DNA of 64,000 nucleotides from Laetmonice hystrix (GCA_965235115.1 OZ249439.1:8928001-8992000), one strand, 5' to 3'; positions 41,761 to 55,387 are shown, numbered from the stretch's first letter. Program-made: numbers and translations. Notes: generated by a model not told the origin, from the sequence alone.

Positions 41761-43477
41761 TTGGGTCGTATTGTATAACTGTAATTCGAGGCTGAAAATC
41801 TTGAACGGTTGAAAGTTTGAAGTTGACACGAGCATCGTTTACTTATACACTGGGTGGAAATATTTTCTTAATGTTATCGGTCGTGGAGATCAGGAAGTCG
41901 ATCTCATCATCAACAGAATGACATTTCGTGGACAATGTGTTTCTCTTTTCAGGTGTAGTAATACGTGGTGCTGTACTGGAGGATTGTAAGAGCACACAAT
42001 ACAGTCACAAAGGGACTCGGCGTTGATATAAATAGATAGAACAGTATTGCAAACTTTGCACCATAATGTTGGATCACCATTACAAACATGAAATCTTCAC
42101 CGAAATATTGTGAAGGGAGCGGACATCGTCAAGATAAATAACCTTTGTATTTTATTCGCATTCTAACCCGAATAAAAGAGACCCGGGATTGACACCACCA
42201 GTAATCAATCATCATAATGACCTGACATTTCACGATACTTCCATTGATAGACAATATTCATGACCTTTACGGTGTCACACTATCCGGGTGTCCGGCCAGT
42301 GTTGGGACTGATGTCGGTAAAGTTCAAAATGGATAGAAACAATGCGATAAAATGTCAAGCCTGGTTGTGATAGCTTGTGGCAGAAGTATTATCAAGATCT
42401 GACGTTTGTACCAACATCGCTTTGTATAAACAGTGGGACGTCGTTAGTCCGCGATTTAATCCCGTTACCCCTATAATCCGAACACTCTCTCTACCTCCTC
42501 TGTCTTTCTGTATTTAATGTGATTCAGTAATCCGGATGTTTCAGAATGCGAACACATTTTAATGGATATCTAACTGTTCGGATTACCGAGGTACGACGGG
42601 ATACGACAGTATACCTACGCCTGAATCATCGGTGAATCCCACCATAATCCAGCGTTAGTTCTGTGATATAGCTCAGCTTTTAAAAATTAGAAGCTCTAAG
42701 ACGCAATTTCCCGCCATTTAGTGGCCATTTTAGGGCATTAGGCCTACATTATATTGTGGATTCGTCGCTCAAAAGGCTCAAAACGGCGGGAATGCTTCGC
42801 AGTTGCTCGCTCGACGTTATTTCGTTATTTAGAAAAAAAAACCCTATGCTCGGGGGAGCAGGGGAGGGGGGGGGTCCGGACCCCCTGGACCCCCCCCCCC
42901 CTCCTCTGGACACGCATCTGGCGGGACGACATTCGACTTCCTGGAGTCTTTGATAAGAGAGACTGATTCAGATAGAGAAGTGGACATTGTTGCCAAATCT
43001 TGAATAGCTATAAATTCAAACCCTGTTATAAGCAAGCAGTTGTGGCTGGATTATAGCTTGGAGTGAGAGAAACTGTAGATCAATATGACACAGGGCATGA
43101 TAAGTGACGGCTCATCCTTACATAGAACCTTGTCCTTTCTACCCACTGCTGAGCTGATTGCCGACTGGTATTATGTATCTTTATCTTTATAGATACAAAT
43201 ACAAGTGAGAGAATTCATTTATACCTGCATTAAGATTAACACATTGACGCTGATAATGTATCGTTGTATTGTAAGACGTTCCAATGTACCCAAATAAGCT
43301 CTATAACTATGCATGAAGAATCTGTGAGCCAGACATAGGAACTCCCTTATGGGGTCTAATGTAAATGTCTCGACAGCTTCCATAATACGGTTATTATAAA
43401 AGCGCTGATGTGAGGCGCGGTCTTTGTTCGTTTATGATGGTGTACAGAACACTACAGCTTTGACGAATGGGTGGATG

Positions 43478-43611
43478 NNNNNNNNNNNNNNNNNNNNNNN
43501 NNNNNNNNNNNNNNNNNNNNNNNNNNNNNNNNNNNNNNNNNNNNNNNNNNNNNNNNNNNNNNNNNNNNNNNNNNNNNNNNNNNNNNNNNNNNNNNNNNNN
43601 NNNNNNNNNNN
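43478..43611. other. Assembly gap (134 N)
   Basis: N run. Confidence 1.
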
Positions 43612-44865
43612 AGGGAGTAAATTAATAAATAAACTGATGATGTGAATAAAAGAGTGCAGAGATAAACAAGTCAATGAATGAATGCCACCATCATGCAGTA
43701 CCAACAATACCCAGGTCCTTGGCAGTACACCCGATCCTTGCTCACTAAAAAACCGTCTTCCCTGTGTCCGACCTTTCTCCATCCGGCGTCGTCACAAAAA
43801 CAATCAGACGGTATACAGAGGCTGTAAATATTACAAGAGAACCCGAGCACGTACAGCCTGTCGTCACTCCCTAATGTATTTCCACATATTTCCTTTTTTT
43901 TGGCCAGGGGAATGATTATTCTAGTACGGAGGTATCAGATAAACAAAGTTAGAAAAAATATGTATGTAGCGTGTACCCTCTTCTAAGTTTCCAATAGGCG
44001 CCTGTAACAGGAAATATAACCATATTTCTATGAGCATAGGATTTCTTTAATCTTTTACCTGAGATATGTGACTTTAATAAACTTTGGTTGGGACAGCGTC
44101 ATCTTGCTCCAATACAAGTTATTGGATCATTCGTTGGTTTTTAATACGATTTGTTTTCATTCCCGAGCTTTATTAACGTGTCCTGTCGGGGACACTGTCC
44201 AGAACTGTAGACGACCAGTATAGTAACAGATCAGGGAGTAGTTTCTGTGTCAGCACTGCTTTCTGTAACTGTGCGAGGCCCCATCAGCAGGACCTCACCA
44301 TTCGTGTCAGCAGAGAGGTACTGGGAGGGCTCCAACCTGCTGATTCAGTATCACTCCCTCATCGTTCTGTTTCAGTCATAGTTTTTACCTATTTTGCTGA
44401 CTGTTTCAAACTGACAGACCGTCCTGCATATAACCTTTATGTTTTATAGCCACCTGCTGTCTATTTTGACGTTTTCATTTTCGGAGTTCTTTCTCAGAGT
44501 GTGTGACTTTGGTGTTGATATAACGTCCCTTGTGAGGCAGGTCTATCGTGATCTGAACGACGTCAATATTCATGTCCTCCTGTCACGCATTCAGTCGTAT
44601 TGTTTCACACACTCCGCTGTCACTGACATGTATGTTTTCATGAAAAGTCTTATTGTATGACCTCAATATTAACGTCTTATTTTACCCTCCATCCATTTTA
44701 CTATTGCTAGATTGCATATTGGTGGGAGGGAGGGGGGGGGGGGGGCGGCTTCTTTAACGTAGCCTGTTTGTAGGTCTGTAGACTTTCCAATTGTTATATT
44801 CCAGTCTGTTTCGACGTAACTGTGTAACTTGTCGCCATTTGTTCGGTAATATTGTTACCTATATA

Positions 44866-45078
44866 AAGTGCTGAACCCACCAAGGCGATTCCCCTTGCGA
44901 CGCCTGTGCGATTTTGATATCACCCTTTTATTTTACTGTAATTTTGAGATTAAAGGATGGAACCCATTTCCTGAAACGGAGAAGGCCAGGCAGGAAAGAT
45001 TTTAGAGTGAAATTCCACCATTAAATCAAAAACCGCATGGCCGTCGCAAGGGGAATCGCCTTGATGGGTTCAGCACTT
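44866..45078. mobile_element. MITE-like element with long (about 50 bp) TIRs
   Basis: aagtgctgaacccaccaaggcgattccccttgcgacg... is nearly the reverse complement of ...cgtcgcaaggggaatcgccttgatgggttcagcactt. Confidence 0.7.
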
Positions 45079-46749
45079 CACCTAACATGACACCGACTAC
45101 ACAGCCATAATGACGTATAGTGGTACCATCATACCGATTCAGTAATTGGTTGTAAACGTCTTTACCAGGTGTTATTAGATGGGGACGCTGACGTCTATAC
45201 CCTCCCTGATGGTACCCTTTTCGGGGACATCACAAGAGAAACGTTTTTTTTTTTACGTGACACTAATTACTTACGCCATTTTCACTAGACGACATAGATC
45301 CACTACAATGGGGGGGGGGGGCTGGGGGTGTCATTTAAACCGAGAAAATCTAAAACTTGGTCTAAACATTGTAGTTTCTAACAAACTTGACTAAACTTGA
45401 TTTTTACCGGCACCACTGACGCTGAAGATGTCCTTCTGAGGACGGCTCAAGACGAGACGCCCCCTGGCGGGGACTGGCTTCCCGACTCCTCTCCCCACGG
45501 AGTTTATTTCAGAGACTGTTCGGTTGTTATCTGCTACCGCCATCCCCATGTTTCTTAGTTCTAACGTGTATATCGCCGGCTCCAGGAGGGGCCCAGGGGG
45601 TGGAAGGGGTGGAGGGAGGGGGTGGAGGGGAGAGGGTGTTGGGGTTGGTAGGGGGTTATTGTGTACCGCCTGTGATATACGCAACCATGGTGTATAAATA
45701 ATGTCCATATAAATGCGTGTCTTTATGTGGAACTATCACAGCTATTTCAGTTCTCAATGTACTGCTATCGTGGCGCTCATCAATATTATTGTTCTCTCGT
45801 TTGTACATGTGTTATCTTCATATTTATCAACACCATTGTTTTCTACACTGCTGAGATAGTTGAGGGCAGAACGATGCAGCAAACTGTACACTGAACTCTT
45901 CGTATTCTGCTCCATACGTACTGCGTATTTGGAACGGAATAGCATGACTTAAAAAAGAGAAGCAGGATATGTTTCAACCCGTTGTATTATTTCAGAGGGG
46001 TCATTTTTTTCCAATCGCAAAATATGATAGGTTTTTTTTCGTTGTGCCGCGATACGTTTTAGGGCGTGCAACTTCGACTTCGGCTTCGAGAGCATCCTTT
46101 TGCCAATCGTAGCGGGGCGTGTAGGGTAGATCTATAGCTATGTGTGGGGTTGTGCACTGGAACAGAAATAAGGAAACCCTATAGTCTGCATGCAGGTATA
46201 CCGCAGTCTTAATCAATCGCTAGGCTGCACTTGTCATTTCTTTTTATTATAAGTTCCCAGGTTCATTATTTTGACATGATATCGAGTATCATACGTTCAA
46301 CGTGCACAAAACCAAGTGAAGATCTATAGAGCCGTAAACGTTGATCATTTAGTGTGTCATCCATGAGACGACAGTCGAAATGCCAGCAATGTGGCCCATC
46401 ATACCCGGCGTCTGGATCGCTGAACAATGAGGACGACAGAGGTCAGCGGGTGCACACATAGATTCTCATTCGTGACAACGGTTCATCAGTTTGCCTCGTC
46501 GGCCTTTATATTATTTAGTGCGGTTCACACAAGTGGATCGCGTTGCGCCGAGTCGTTGTTTCCAAGCTCCACTCGTGGGCATCGCTCTACCTGGTAGGAC
46601 AATGGGATGAGCAGCACGATTGAGCGAAACGCCCTGGCGGGAGAATGAAGGAACTATACGAGTTTGAAAGGGGCTTGACTTGGAATCGTGTAGCGGCAGA
46701 CTTCATCCATACACTCTAAAAGCCCCATGTCCTAGCCCTAGACTGGGGA

Positions 46750-47743
46750 ACTCCTGTAGGCTTACTGGTGAATACACTCCTGTAGGCTTACTGGTGAATA
46801 CACTCCTGTAGGCTTACTGGTGAATACACTCCTGTAGGCTTACTGGTGAATACACTCCTGTAGGCTTACTGGTGAATACACTCCTGTAGGCTTACTGGTG
46901 AATACACTCCTGTAGGCTTACTGGTGAATACACTCCTGTAGGCTTACTGGTGAATACACTCCTGTAGGCTTACTGGTGAATACACTCCTGTAGGCTTACT
47001 GGTGAATACACTCCTGTAGGCTTACTGGTGAATACACTCCTGTAGGCTTACTGGTGAATACACTCCTGTAGGCTTACTGGTGAATACACTCAGGATCTGT
47101 AGGCTTACTGGTGAATACACTCCTGTAGGCTTACTGGTGAATACACTCATGTAGGCTTACTGGTGAATACACTCCTGTAGGCTTACTGGTGAATACACTC
47201 AGGATCTGTAGGCTTACTGGTGAATACACTCCTGTAGGCTTACTGGTGAATACACTCATGTAGGCTTACTGGTGAATACACTCCTGTAGGCTTACTGGTG
47301 AATACACTCCTGTAGGCTTACTGGTGAATACACTCCTGTAGCCTTACTGGTGAATACACTCCTGTAGCCTTACTGGTGAATACACTCCTGTAGGCTTACT
47401 GGTGAATACACTCCTGTAAACTTACTGGTGAATACACTCCTGTAGGCTTACTGGTGAATACACTCCTGTAGGCTTACTGGTGAATACACTCCTGTAAACT
47501 TACTGGTGAATACACTCCTGTAGGCTTACTGGTGAATACACTCCTGTAGGCTTGAATACACTCCTGTAGCCTTACTGGTGAATACACTCCTGTAGCCTTA
47601 CTGGTGAATACACTCCTGTAGGCTTACTGGTGAATACACTCCTGTAGGCTTACTGGTGAATACACGCCTGTAGGCTTACTGGTGAATACACTCCTGTAGG
47701 CTTACTGGTGAATACACTCCTGTAGGCTTACTGGTGAATACAC
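46750..47743. repeat. 26-bp minisatellite, about 38 copies
   Basis: actcctgtaggcttactggtgaatac. Confidence 0.97.
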
Positions 47744-48214
47744 AAACGCTGAAACCTCGCTGTCAGCAGCAGAGACCTCTAGCTGATGATTTACCTTTTA
47801 TCACATCCAGACATCTCCAGGAGGATTTTAGTTTGGCCGGAGTTAAGGGACTTTATGTTGTATTGTAGAGGGAAGCATTTCCATGGGAGTAACTGATTGG
47901 GGGTCTCATACGCCAGAGGCTCGCGAGACGTGATGGCATAGCCTAGCCTGGTGGCCTAGCTACCCCACCCCCAGGATGAGGTAACCACAACATAAGTATC
48001 TTTACGTAAGGAAGTTACTCAACAGGTCCGGTCTTGCTTTTTTCATGATACGTTTTGAAATGAACTGATTCTGGGGAAACGCAGTTTGAGATTCAACTGA
48101 TTAATTCGAAAAGAGCCCAACTCCGCTGTCTTGGTGTGGTCAACCAGCTGAAACGAAATCATCATTTGCCGCCATATTTTGTCATGTATTACCTATGATT
48201 GGGTCCTACATGTG

Positions 48215-48702
48215 CCAGCCGAATGGGATGAACAACCAACAATAAGTTGTATCAGATCAGTCCCATCGTAAACCAAAGGTATCATCATGGCCTAACCCAA
48301 CGGAGGCATGAACTTGTTTTTACTCGATGCAGAGTTGGTCATTCTAGATTAACCCATGTGTTTTTATTGAAGGGGGAGCCACCTCCAGAATGTTATGGCT
48401 GTCAGTGTCCTTTGACACTGAAGCATCTTTTACTCGAATGCGGTGATTTTACTCTCATCAGACAAAGGTTTTATAATGAGACGAGTCTTAAGGATCTTTT
48501 TAGCAATATCAGACCAGGAGTGATTTTAGAGTTCTTGTCAGAGGCTGGACTTCTGACTCTTTTATAGATGTGTTTTGGTGGTGTTCCCGTTGGGACCCGG
48601 GATAAAATAGGTTCCTTTGGTTTTATGGTCTTATAACTCTGTTTTCGCCGTGAAAATGGCCCCAGATGCCGACACGGCGCAAAACCACCACTACTCACTC
48701 AC
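48215..48702 (+). mobile_element. 5'-truncated non-LTR retrotransposon (I-group LINE, ORF2 C-terminus) with target-site duplication
   Basis: Translates NKLYQISP...ELVFTRCRVGHSRLTHVFLLKGEPPPECYGCQCPLTLKHLLLEC...ILEFLSEAGLLTLL*, the C-terminal CCHC knuckle region typical of I-group LINEs. It has a short 3' UTR and an (ACTC)n tail. The 11-bp direct repeat tcctacatgtg lies at 48204-48214 and 48703-48713. Confidence 0.88.
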
Positions 48703-49568
48703 TCCTACATGTGTCAAAGGTGTGATACTAAGATCATGGACACACTCTGAGGAAAATAACAATGATAATCTCCAGTAAAAGTTTGTCTCATGGATTTATG
48801 CCTTTTTAGAGTTCACTGGATGAAGTGTATTCACGACTTGGTTCTCATTTTTAACGATACGGCGGGAGCGATTGTTGTTCTCGCCCTAACGACCTAACCT
48901 AAGCTATACGTTTACCTGTGTCAAAAAAAAAGAGCAGAGATCATAATGTCCTCAATAAAAACGTGGCACCTTGTTTGGAGCAATTACACCTCAGCGTCGA
49001 CACCGGTGGTTATTCATGGGTGGGCTGTCAGGTCTGATTTAGTAAATAGAAGTGGATGGAAACCATGGCGACAGATGATGCTGATTAAGTCTGGAATAAT
49101 CGCTATGGTGATGGTGTGGGGCTGGCAGGCAGGCAACTCTGCACAACGTCACACTATTCTTAACCATCATCATTGAATTTCCTCCCATTACGGAACGTCG
49201 TTTCAACACTCCTCTTCTCTTCAAACCATGTATCACAGTTTCGCTGATACAAACGCGAGAAGTACGAAATATACGGAAACATTTCTTTGAAATGACTCGA
49301 AACAACATTCAGATCAGTTATTAAAAGAGAGTATTATTACATCAAAGTGAACTCAAAGTGAAATTACAAACACATTCAAACTATTGTACGAACAAATCGA
49401 TTGATCAGAACCCAACCATTCTGATGTCAAGGGGGTTCTCTCATAAGACATATAAACTTCGCCCTGTAAACCCGCACAATCTGGTGTCGGGAATAGTGCC
49501 GGCATAGTCTCATTTCATTTGAACAAGTCTCATTTATAGGAGGGATGGAGGAGAGTGAGATGCTGGCA

Positions 49569-50656
49569 ACTGACGGCACTGCCATCACCCAGTCCAATAA
49601 CGTCGTACCGTAGACACTGACGGCACTGCCATCACCCAGTCCAATAACGTCGTACCGTAGACACTGACGGCACTGCCATCACCCAGTCCAATAACGTCGT
49701 ACCGTAGACACTGACGGCACTGCCATCACACAGTCCAATAACGTCGTACCGTAGACACTGACGGCACTGCCATCACCCAGTCCAATAACGTCGTACCGTA
49801 GACACTGACGGCACTGCCATCACCCAGTCCAATAACGTCGTACCGTAGACACTGACGGCACTGCCATCCCCCAGTCCAATACGATAGACACTGACGGCAC
49901 TGCCATCACCCAGTCCAATAACGTCGTACCGTAGACACTGACGGCACTGCCATCACCCAGTCCAATAACGTCGTACCGTAGACACTGACGGCACTGCCAT
50001 CACCCAGTCCAATAACGTCGTACCGTAGACACTGACGGCACTGCCATCACACAGTCCAATAACGTCGTACCGTAGACACTGACGGCACTGCCATCACACA
50101 GTCCAATAACGTCGTACCGTAGACACTGACGGCACTGCCATCACCCAGTCCAATAACGTCGTACCATAGACACTGACGGCACTGCCATCACCCAGTCCAA
50201 TAACGTCGTACCGTAGACACTGACGGCACTGCCATCACCCAGTCCAATAACGTCGTACCGTAGACACTGACGGCACTGCCATCACCCAGTCCAATAACGT
50301 CGTACCGTAGACACTGACGGCACTGCCATCACCCAGTCCAATAACGTCGTACCGTAGACACTGACGGCACTGCCATCACCCAGTCCAATAACGTCGTACC
50401 GTAGACACTGACGGCACTGCCATCAACCCGTCCAATAACGTCGTACCGTAGACACTGACGGCACTGCCATCACCCAGGCCAATAACGTCGTACCATAGAC
50501 ACTGACGGCACTGCCATCACCCAGGCCAATAACGTCGTACCGTAGACACTGACGGCACTGCCATCACCCAGTCCAATAACGTCGTACCATAGACACTGAC
50601 GGCACTGCCTTCACCCAGTCCAATACCATAGACACTGACGGCACTGCCATCACCCA
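49569..50656. repeat. 47-bp minisatellite, about 23 copies
   Basis: gacactgacggcactgccatcacccagtccaataacgtcgtaccgta; spacing 49613 to 49660 checked. Confidence 0.97.
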
Positions 50657-51250
50657 ATTTTCATGTCTGCTTACCCCATGATGGTAACCTGTTCATGATG
50701 ATACTTCTCCAAATGATGGGAACCTGTTTTGTCTTTATTATTTATAAGTATTTTTGGTAAGAAATGAAAGGAAATAGAAATAATCATCTCAAGAGAGGAT
50801 AGTGCAACTATAGTATCTAGTATAACTAGTATCGTTATTTCCTCTACTCTCGAACAGAGCCCGAGCAAAACTCCAGACTTCTACACTGGAGTATGTTACT
50901 CTGATGTGACGGTCAATATTCGCGGGGGGGGGGGGGCAAAAAAAGTCACGTGACAGGGTCTGACGTCACAGTAAAACCTCCTACAAATCTGCCACATGTC
51001 TACGCCAGCACTCTGTCAGCGACAAATCCCAGCCCTGCTCTGCCAACCGAGAGACAAACAAAGACAGCACAGACAGGCCAAGAGGTAATGCTGGATTAGG
51101 CTTCAATCTTCGACCCATCAGATAATCTGATCAGATTTCGCCTCACTTATACTTGGCGAATCCCCTCCGGTGAACTGTGCTGTTCTATCAGTTTCCCGAG
51201 ACTATTCGGTATAGAGGATCCTTAATAATTTACAATAATACCAACTGACG

Positions 51251-51435
51251 NNNNNNNNNNNNNNNNNNNNNNNNNNNNNNNNNNNNNNNNNNNNNNNNNN
51301 NNNNNNNNNNNNNNNNNNNNNNNNNNNNNNNNNNNNNNNNNNNNNNNNNNNNNNNNNNNNNNNNNNNNNNNNNNNNNNNNNNNNNNNNNNNNNNNNNNNN
51401 NNNNNNNNNNNNNNNNNNNNNNNNNNNNNNNNNNN
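51251..51435. other. Assembly gap (185 N)
   Basis: N run. Confidence 1.
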
Positions 51436-52199
51436 AACGCTCAAAGAACGCTCAAGGAGCGCTCAACAATCTCATGGATCTCCCAATAATCTCTCAGCAA
51501 TCTTTCAATGAACGCTATATTTTTCCACCCCGAAGGCAGAGATGGCTGAGAGATCAGTAAGGGATCGCTGAGCGTTCGATGAAAGACCAATATAGAGTTC
51601 ATTGAAAGACCGCGGCGGAGATCACTGAGAGATCATTGTGCGATCAATTTCTACTTTCGAGATTGGGGAGACATTGCCGCGGCGATGGGAAGCGCGGCAT
51701 TGGAGGCTATACATACAGGTGCTAACCCCCCTATTTTCCCTGTCGCCCAAGAAACGCTCAACAACCTCCTTGGTCGCCCAAAGAACTCTCAATGATCCCT
51801 CAGCGATCTCTCCTGGTCTCTCAGTGATCTCCGTAGATCGCTCAGTGGTCTTTCTTGGTCGCACCTGATCTCTCAGCGTTCTCGGTAAATCTCTCAGTGA
51901 TCTCTATTTGTCGCATAACAAGCGCTCAGCAAACGCTCCATGGTCGCTACAGGAGGCATTGATCTCGCAAGGATCTTTCAATGGGTGCTCAATGATCGCC
52001 AAGATCGCTCAAAGATCTCTAGAGATCGCCATGAAAGTTGGTAAAAAGTGCATTTTTATCGCACAACGAGCGCACAATGATCTTCCAAACATTTACACAA
52101 AAACGGCTTTTTCGAGGCTTTAGGAGATCGTTGAGGGATCGGGCCAATTTTTCATCGCTCAATGGTCACCCAACGATCTCCGTGTGTGTAAAGGGGCCC
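51436..52199. mobile_element. Probable non-autonomous DNA transposon (PIF/Harbinger-like end), left end lost in gap
   Basis: Dense quasi-palindromic gatcgctgag/ctcagcgatc/gatctc sub-repeats, ending gtgtgtaaaggggccc (reverse complement GGGCCCCTTTACACAC, resembling Harbinger-type TIRs). Superfamily assignment is inference. Confidence 0.4.
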
Positions 52200-52368
52200 G
52201 TATGGGACGTATTGTCGCCCGAGTCTCAAGGGGGATGTTCTCATGAAAGGGAAAGCCCTTAGCTGCCAAATATTACAACAGCAAATGGTTAACGGAAATA
52301 CAACGCAAGAACAAGGTGATGGAAGGCAGTGATTCCAATCTGTGGTAAAGACGTTCTGTGGCAGGAGG

Positions 52369-52538
52369 CAGTGGCGGATCCAGAAATTTTGGAATGGCAG
52401 GGGCACCCCACCTTTTCCTGCCTCTAGTAAAGGTAGAATCTGTCAGTAACATTTAAAATTCATTCTGTGGAAAGAGTGTGGGGGCTAGGGGGGGGGGGGG
52501 TGCGGTGCCTCCCGCGCCTCCCCCTGGATCCGCCACTG
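52369..52538. mobile_element. Short MITE, same family, copy 2
   Basis: cagtggcggatccag ... ctggatccgccactg, a perfect 15-bp TIR. No TSD visible. Confidence 0.7.
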
Positions 52539-54565
52539 AGATATGTTGATAGTTCCAAAGATTTTCTTTTGAATTTCACCTGAAGTTTGATTAAAACATA
52601 CCTGGTGTGATTCCCGACACCTACATTAGTCAAGTTGACAGATTCCCATCAGCACAAACTAGACGGTTATTGTGTCAGTGTTTAGAAGGTCATCCTTTAT
52701 TAATAATCTTTACCTAAAAATATGGTTTGGTGAATATATACCCCACGCAGACGGTCGCTACATGGAGTCTCAACTTCATTTTTAGGTCAAACTATGACTG
52801 GAAACATGTCAAGATGTAATATGTATAATGAATAGTTCGAACTGCACAAATATAACGTACAAAGGTACAATCGATCTGTTTGCGTATACGACTTGTAAAT
52901 ACGAGCTGTGGACGAGAAGCCGGGATGTTTCGATGTCTGGGAAAGGCGGAAAATTTGGCGGGCGTCATGACGTGTGGGCAGGGGGTAGGTGGTGCCCCCC
53001 CCCCGAGGGCGACGCGCATGCGTACAACGGTTGGCCCAGCTCAACCCAACATCATTGTCGATGGTCTTGTTGGCGTCCTATTTATTCTTCATCGTGGCAC
53101 GCAGATAAATGGATAACATTTTCAGCTCATCCGTCACTCAGCAAGCCTCCCCGCAGCCATTGACGTCCACAGGCACTCTGTTGGTTTTTAATTTCAGTCG
53201 ATGATGTGTGCGAGCTAGCACATTACTCCAATCCCAGAGGACCCTTGTCCCCGACTCGCACGAGTTGTGCCAATGCACCAAAGCGCTGAATAATAGTAGG
53301 AAGGGCTCACATGTTGCTGGGAAAGCAAACAATTGAAGGCCGTGGATTTCGCTACATGCCCGCCCCCAACCCGCCTGATTACAAGCCAAAAACCTGCAGC
53401 TGCTGTCAGATGAGTCTCAACCATGCATCCCATAATGCAAACACCCGAGCAAACCAACCACTCGCCAAGCACGTAACACCGGAAGTTGTCTGCCTGCAAA
53501 CCGACTAAGAACCAATGAAATGAGAGAAACAGACGTTTATTACGTCATTCACGTAATCACCAAACACAAGTTAAAACCTTGCCCTCATTGGCCTGGCGAG
53601 ATAGCATGAACATGGAGATATATACATATATACATAAGAGGGACGTTACACCAAACCAAACACCTGTCGCAGGTACCTAATATAGGCTCCGGTCTGACGG
53701 CAACGCCCTGCCCCCCATTACATCCCTAACTCTATCCCAAGGGCGAAGCACAGAAAACGCATTTGCATAATAAAACGGCCTACCAATCATCTCTTTGTCA
53801 TTGTCAGCAGACGACAGTGATGGGTTATCGACGATTTGCCTAAAACATTAATTCGCCATTTAATCGGAGCGGAATGAGCTTATGAATCAAAATGTATGCA
53901 TTGATGTGATGCGCCACAATATATCATAGACGCTGTAGATGTGGATTCCATATGCCTATCAAATATACATGGGTGTTGATTTCCTTGTAACAATAGGAGA
54001 CATTTGGTCATATAACAATGTTCTACATTGCATGAGTATTTCCGAGGAGACAATGATTCGAACTTGGCAAGTTATGAAAAAATCTCGTTGACTTCTTCCA
54101 AATAAGAAAGGGTACATTATGTGTACAAAATATTAATTTTTCTGGCAACGTAATGTATTAAGGATAAAAGATGGCTACGACATGCACACCACAAACACAG
54201 TATTTATCTATGACTACCACGACACTTAAGCAAGTCGAACATGTTCCGACACTCGACGCTGGACACAGAGGGCGCTGCGGTCAGTATAGGCGCTTCACGT
54301 GTTTTTTCCAACTCGCACACTGATTTGTAGACCTGGCTGCGTGGCAGTATCCCCGAACAATACGCCATATTTGTACACAGATGGAATTGAAACTGCGGTA
54401 TCTTTCACTCGCCACATTACGACACAGGCATGCAGGTAAACGAAACGATTGTCTCTGCAAAACATCGAGTACGTCACGCACACCTCGTGACGTGCACGTC
54501 ACGCACACCTCGTGACGTGCGCAAGTCTTGTGTTACTGCGAGCGGCGGCGCTGTGGAACGCTCAC

Positions 54566-54591
54566 CCCTGACCTCGCCGAGTTGCCGCCAT
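54566..54591 (-). CDS. Candidate first coding exon of a second minus-strand gene (MAATRRGQG)
   Basis: aaacATGGCGGC start context (also a YY1-type motif) followed by CAGGG|gtgagc, in a CpG-rich stretch with E-box-like cacgtc/cgtgac repeats. Downstream exons were not reliably linked. Confidence 0.35.
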
Positions 54592-55387
54592 GTTTAAATG
54601 ACAGACTTCTAAGGTGTGCGCACGTGTCTTTAGCAATAAATAATCATTGGTAAAGGAGCGTCTTTTTCACATTCTCCGGTGAACATGTATGAATCCAGAA
54701 TCTTTGCAGTCACGTGTCAATGTTTTTGTTGGTTGCTGCGATTTCTGTCAAAGATAAAGCTTTTCGGGGTTCTGTTCGTGTGGGGGTGCGGGTGTGTGCG
54801 TGCTCACGCACGATATTTTTATGAAGAGCAAATGGCTGTATGAAGATTATGTTAATAGCATTGGTCCCATATCATCTGTAATAACGTCAGCACAATACCA
54901 CTCAACTGTTAACAATACACATGTTGTGTCCTGCGCCACAGTAGTTCTAGACTTCACCCTACAACACATCTCCCACCCCTAATCTCTCTCCCTCTCATCA
55001 GTCACTTGACGTCCCCTATAGGACCCAGTAATACATCCAGTGTGTCGCAGCAGGTTTCGATACCGTCCTAGGTTGGTTTTGATATGGTCTAACCTCAGGG
55101 CGGCTTATCTCTGCCTCGTTCTCGATCACCACGCCACCAATACGAGGCCCAATCACCTGCCACGTGACTGTCGACCAGGAGTGGGGCAGATTACCCGGCC
55201 TAGTCGTGAGGCCTTGGCTCAGGCCTGCGATCACACTCACACACAGCTAAATCATCTCCCGTTTTATAGACCAGGCACTTCAGTGATGATGCATACACAT
55301 TTTGTGGTAGACACAACATTCCCTAGCCCAGTAAAACATATCAGTGTTATTACTAGGATCGCCACGATAATCTGACTACCACGTGTG

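Noticed and set aside
48946-49308. Possible Tc1 C-terminal remnant (also considered at 26390-26590)
   Set aside because: Only vague similarity; no WPxxSPDL motif and no TIR.
55016-55240. Alternative terminal exon for the ShKT gene
   Set aside because: Weak acceptor; the exon at 55629-55388 has a much stronger acceptor, supplies the closing Cys and ends in a hydrophobic tail.
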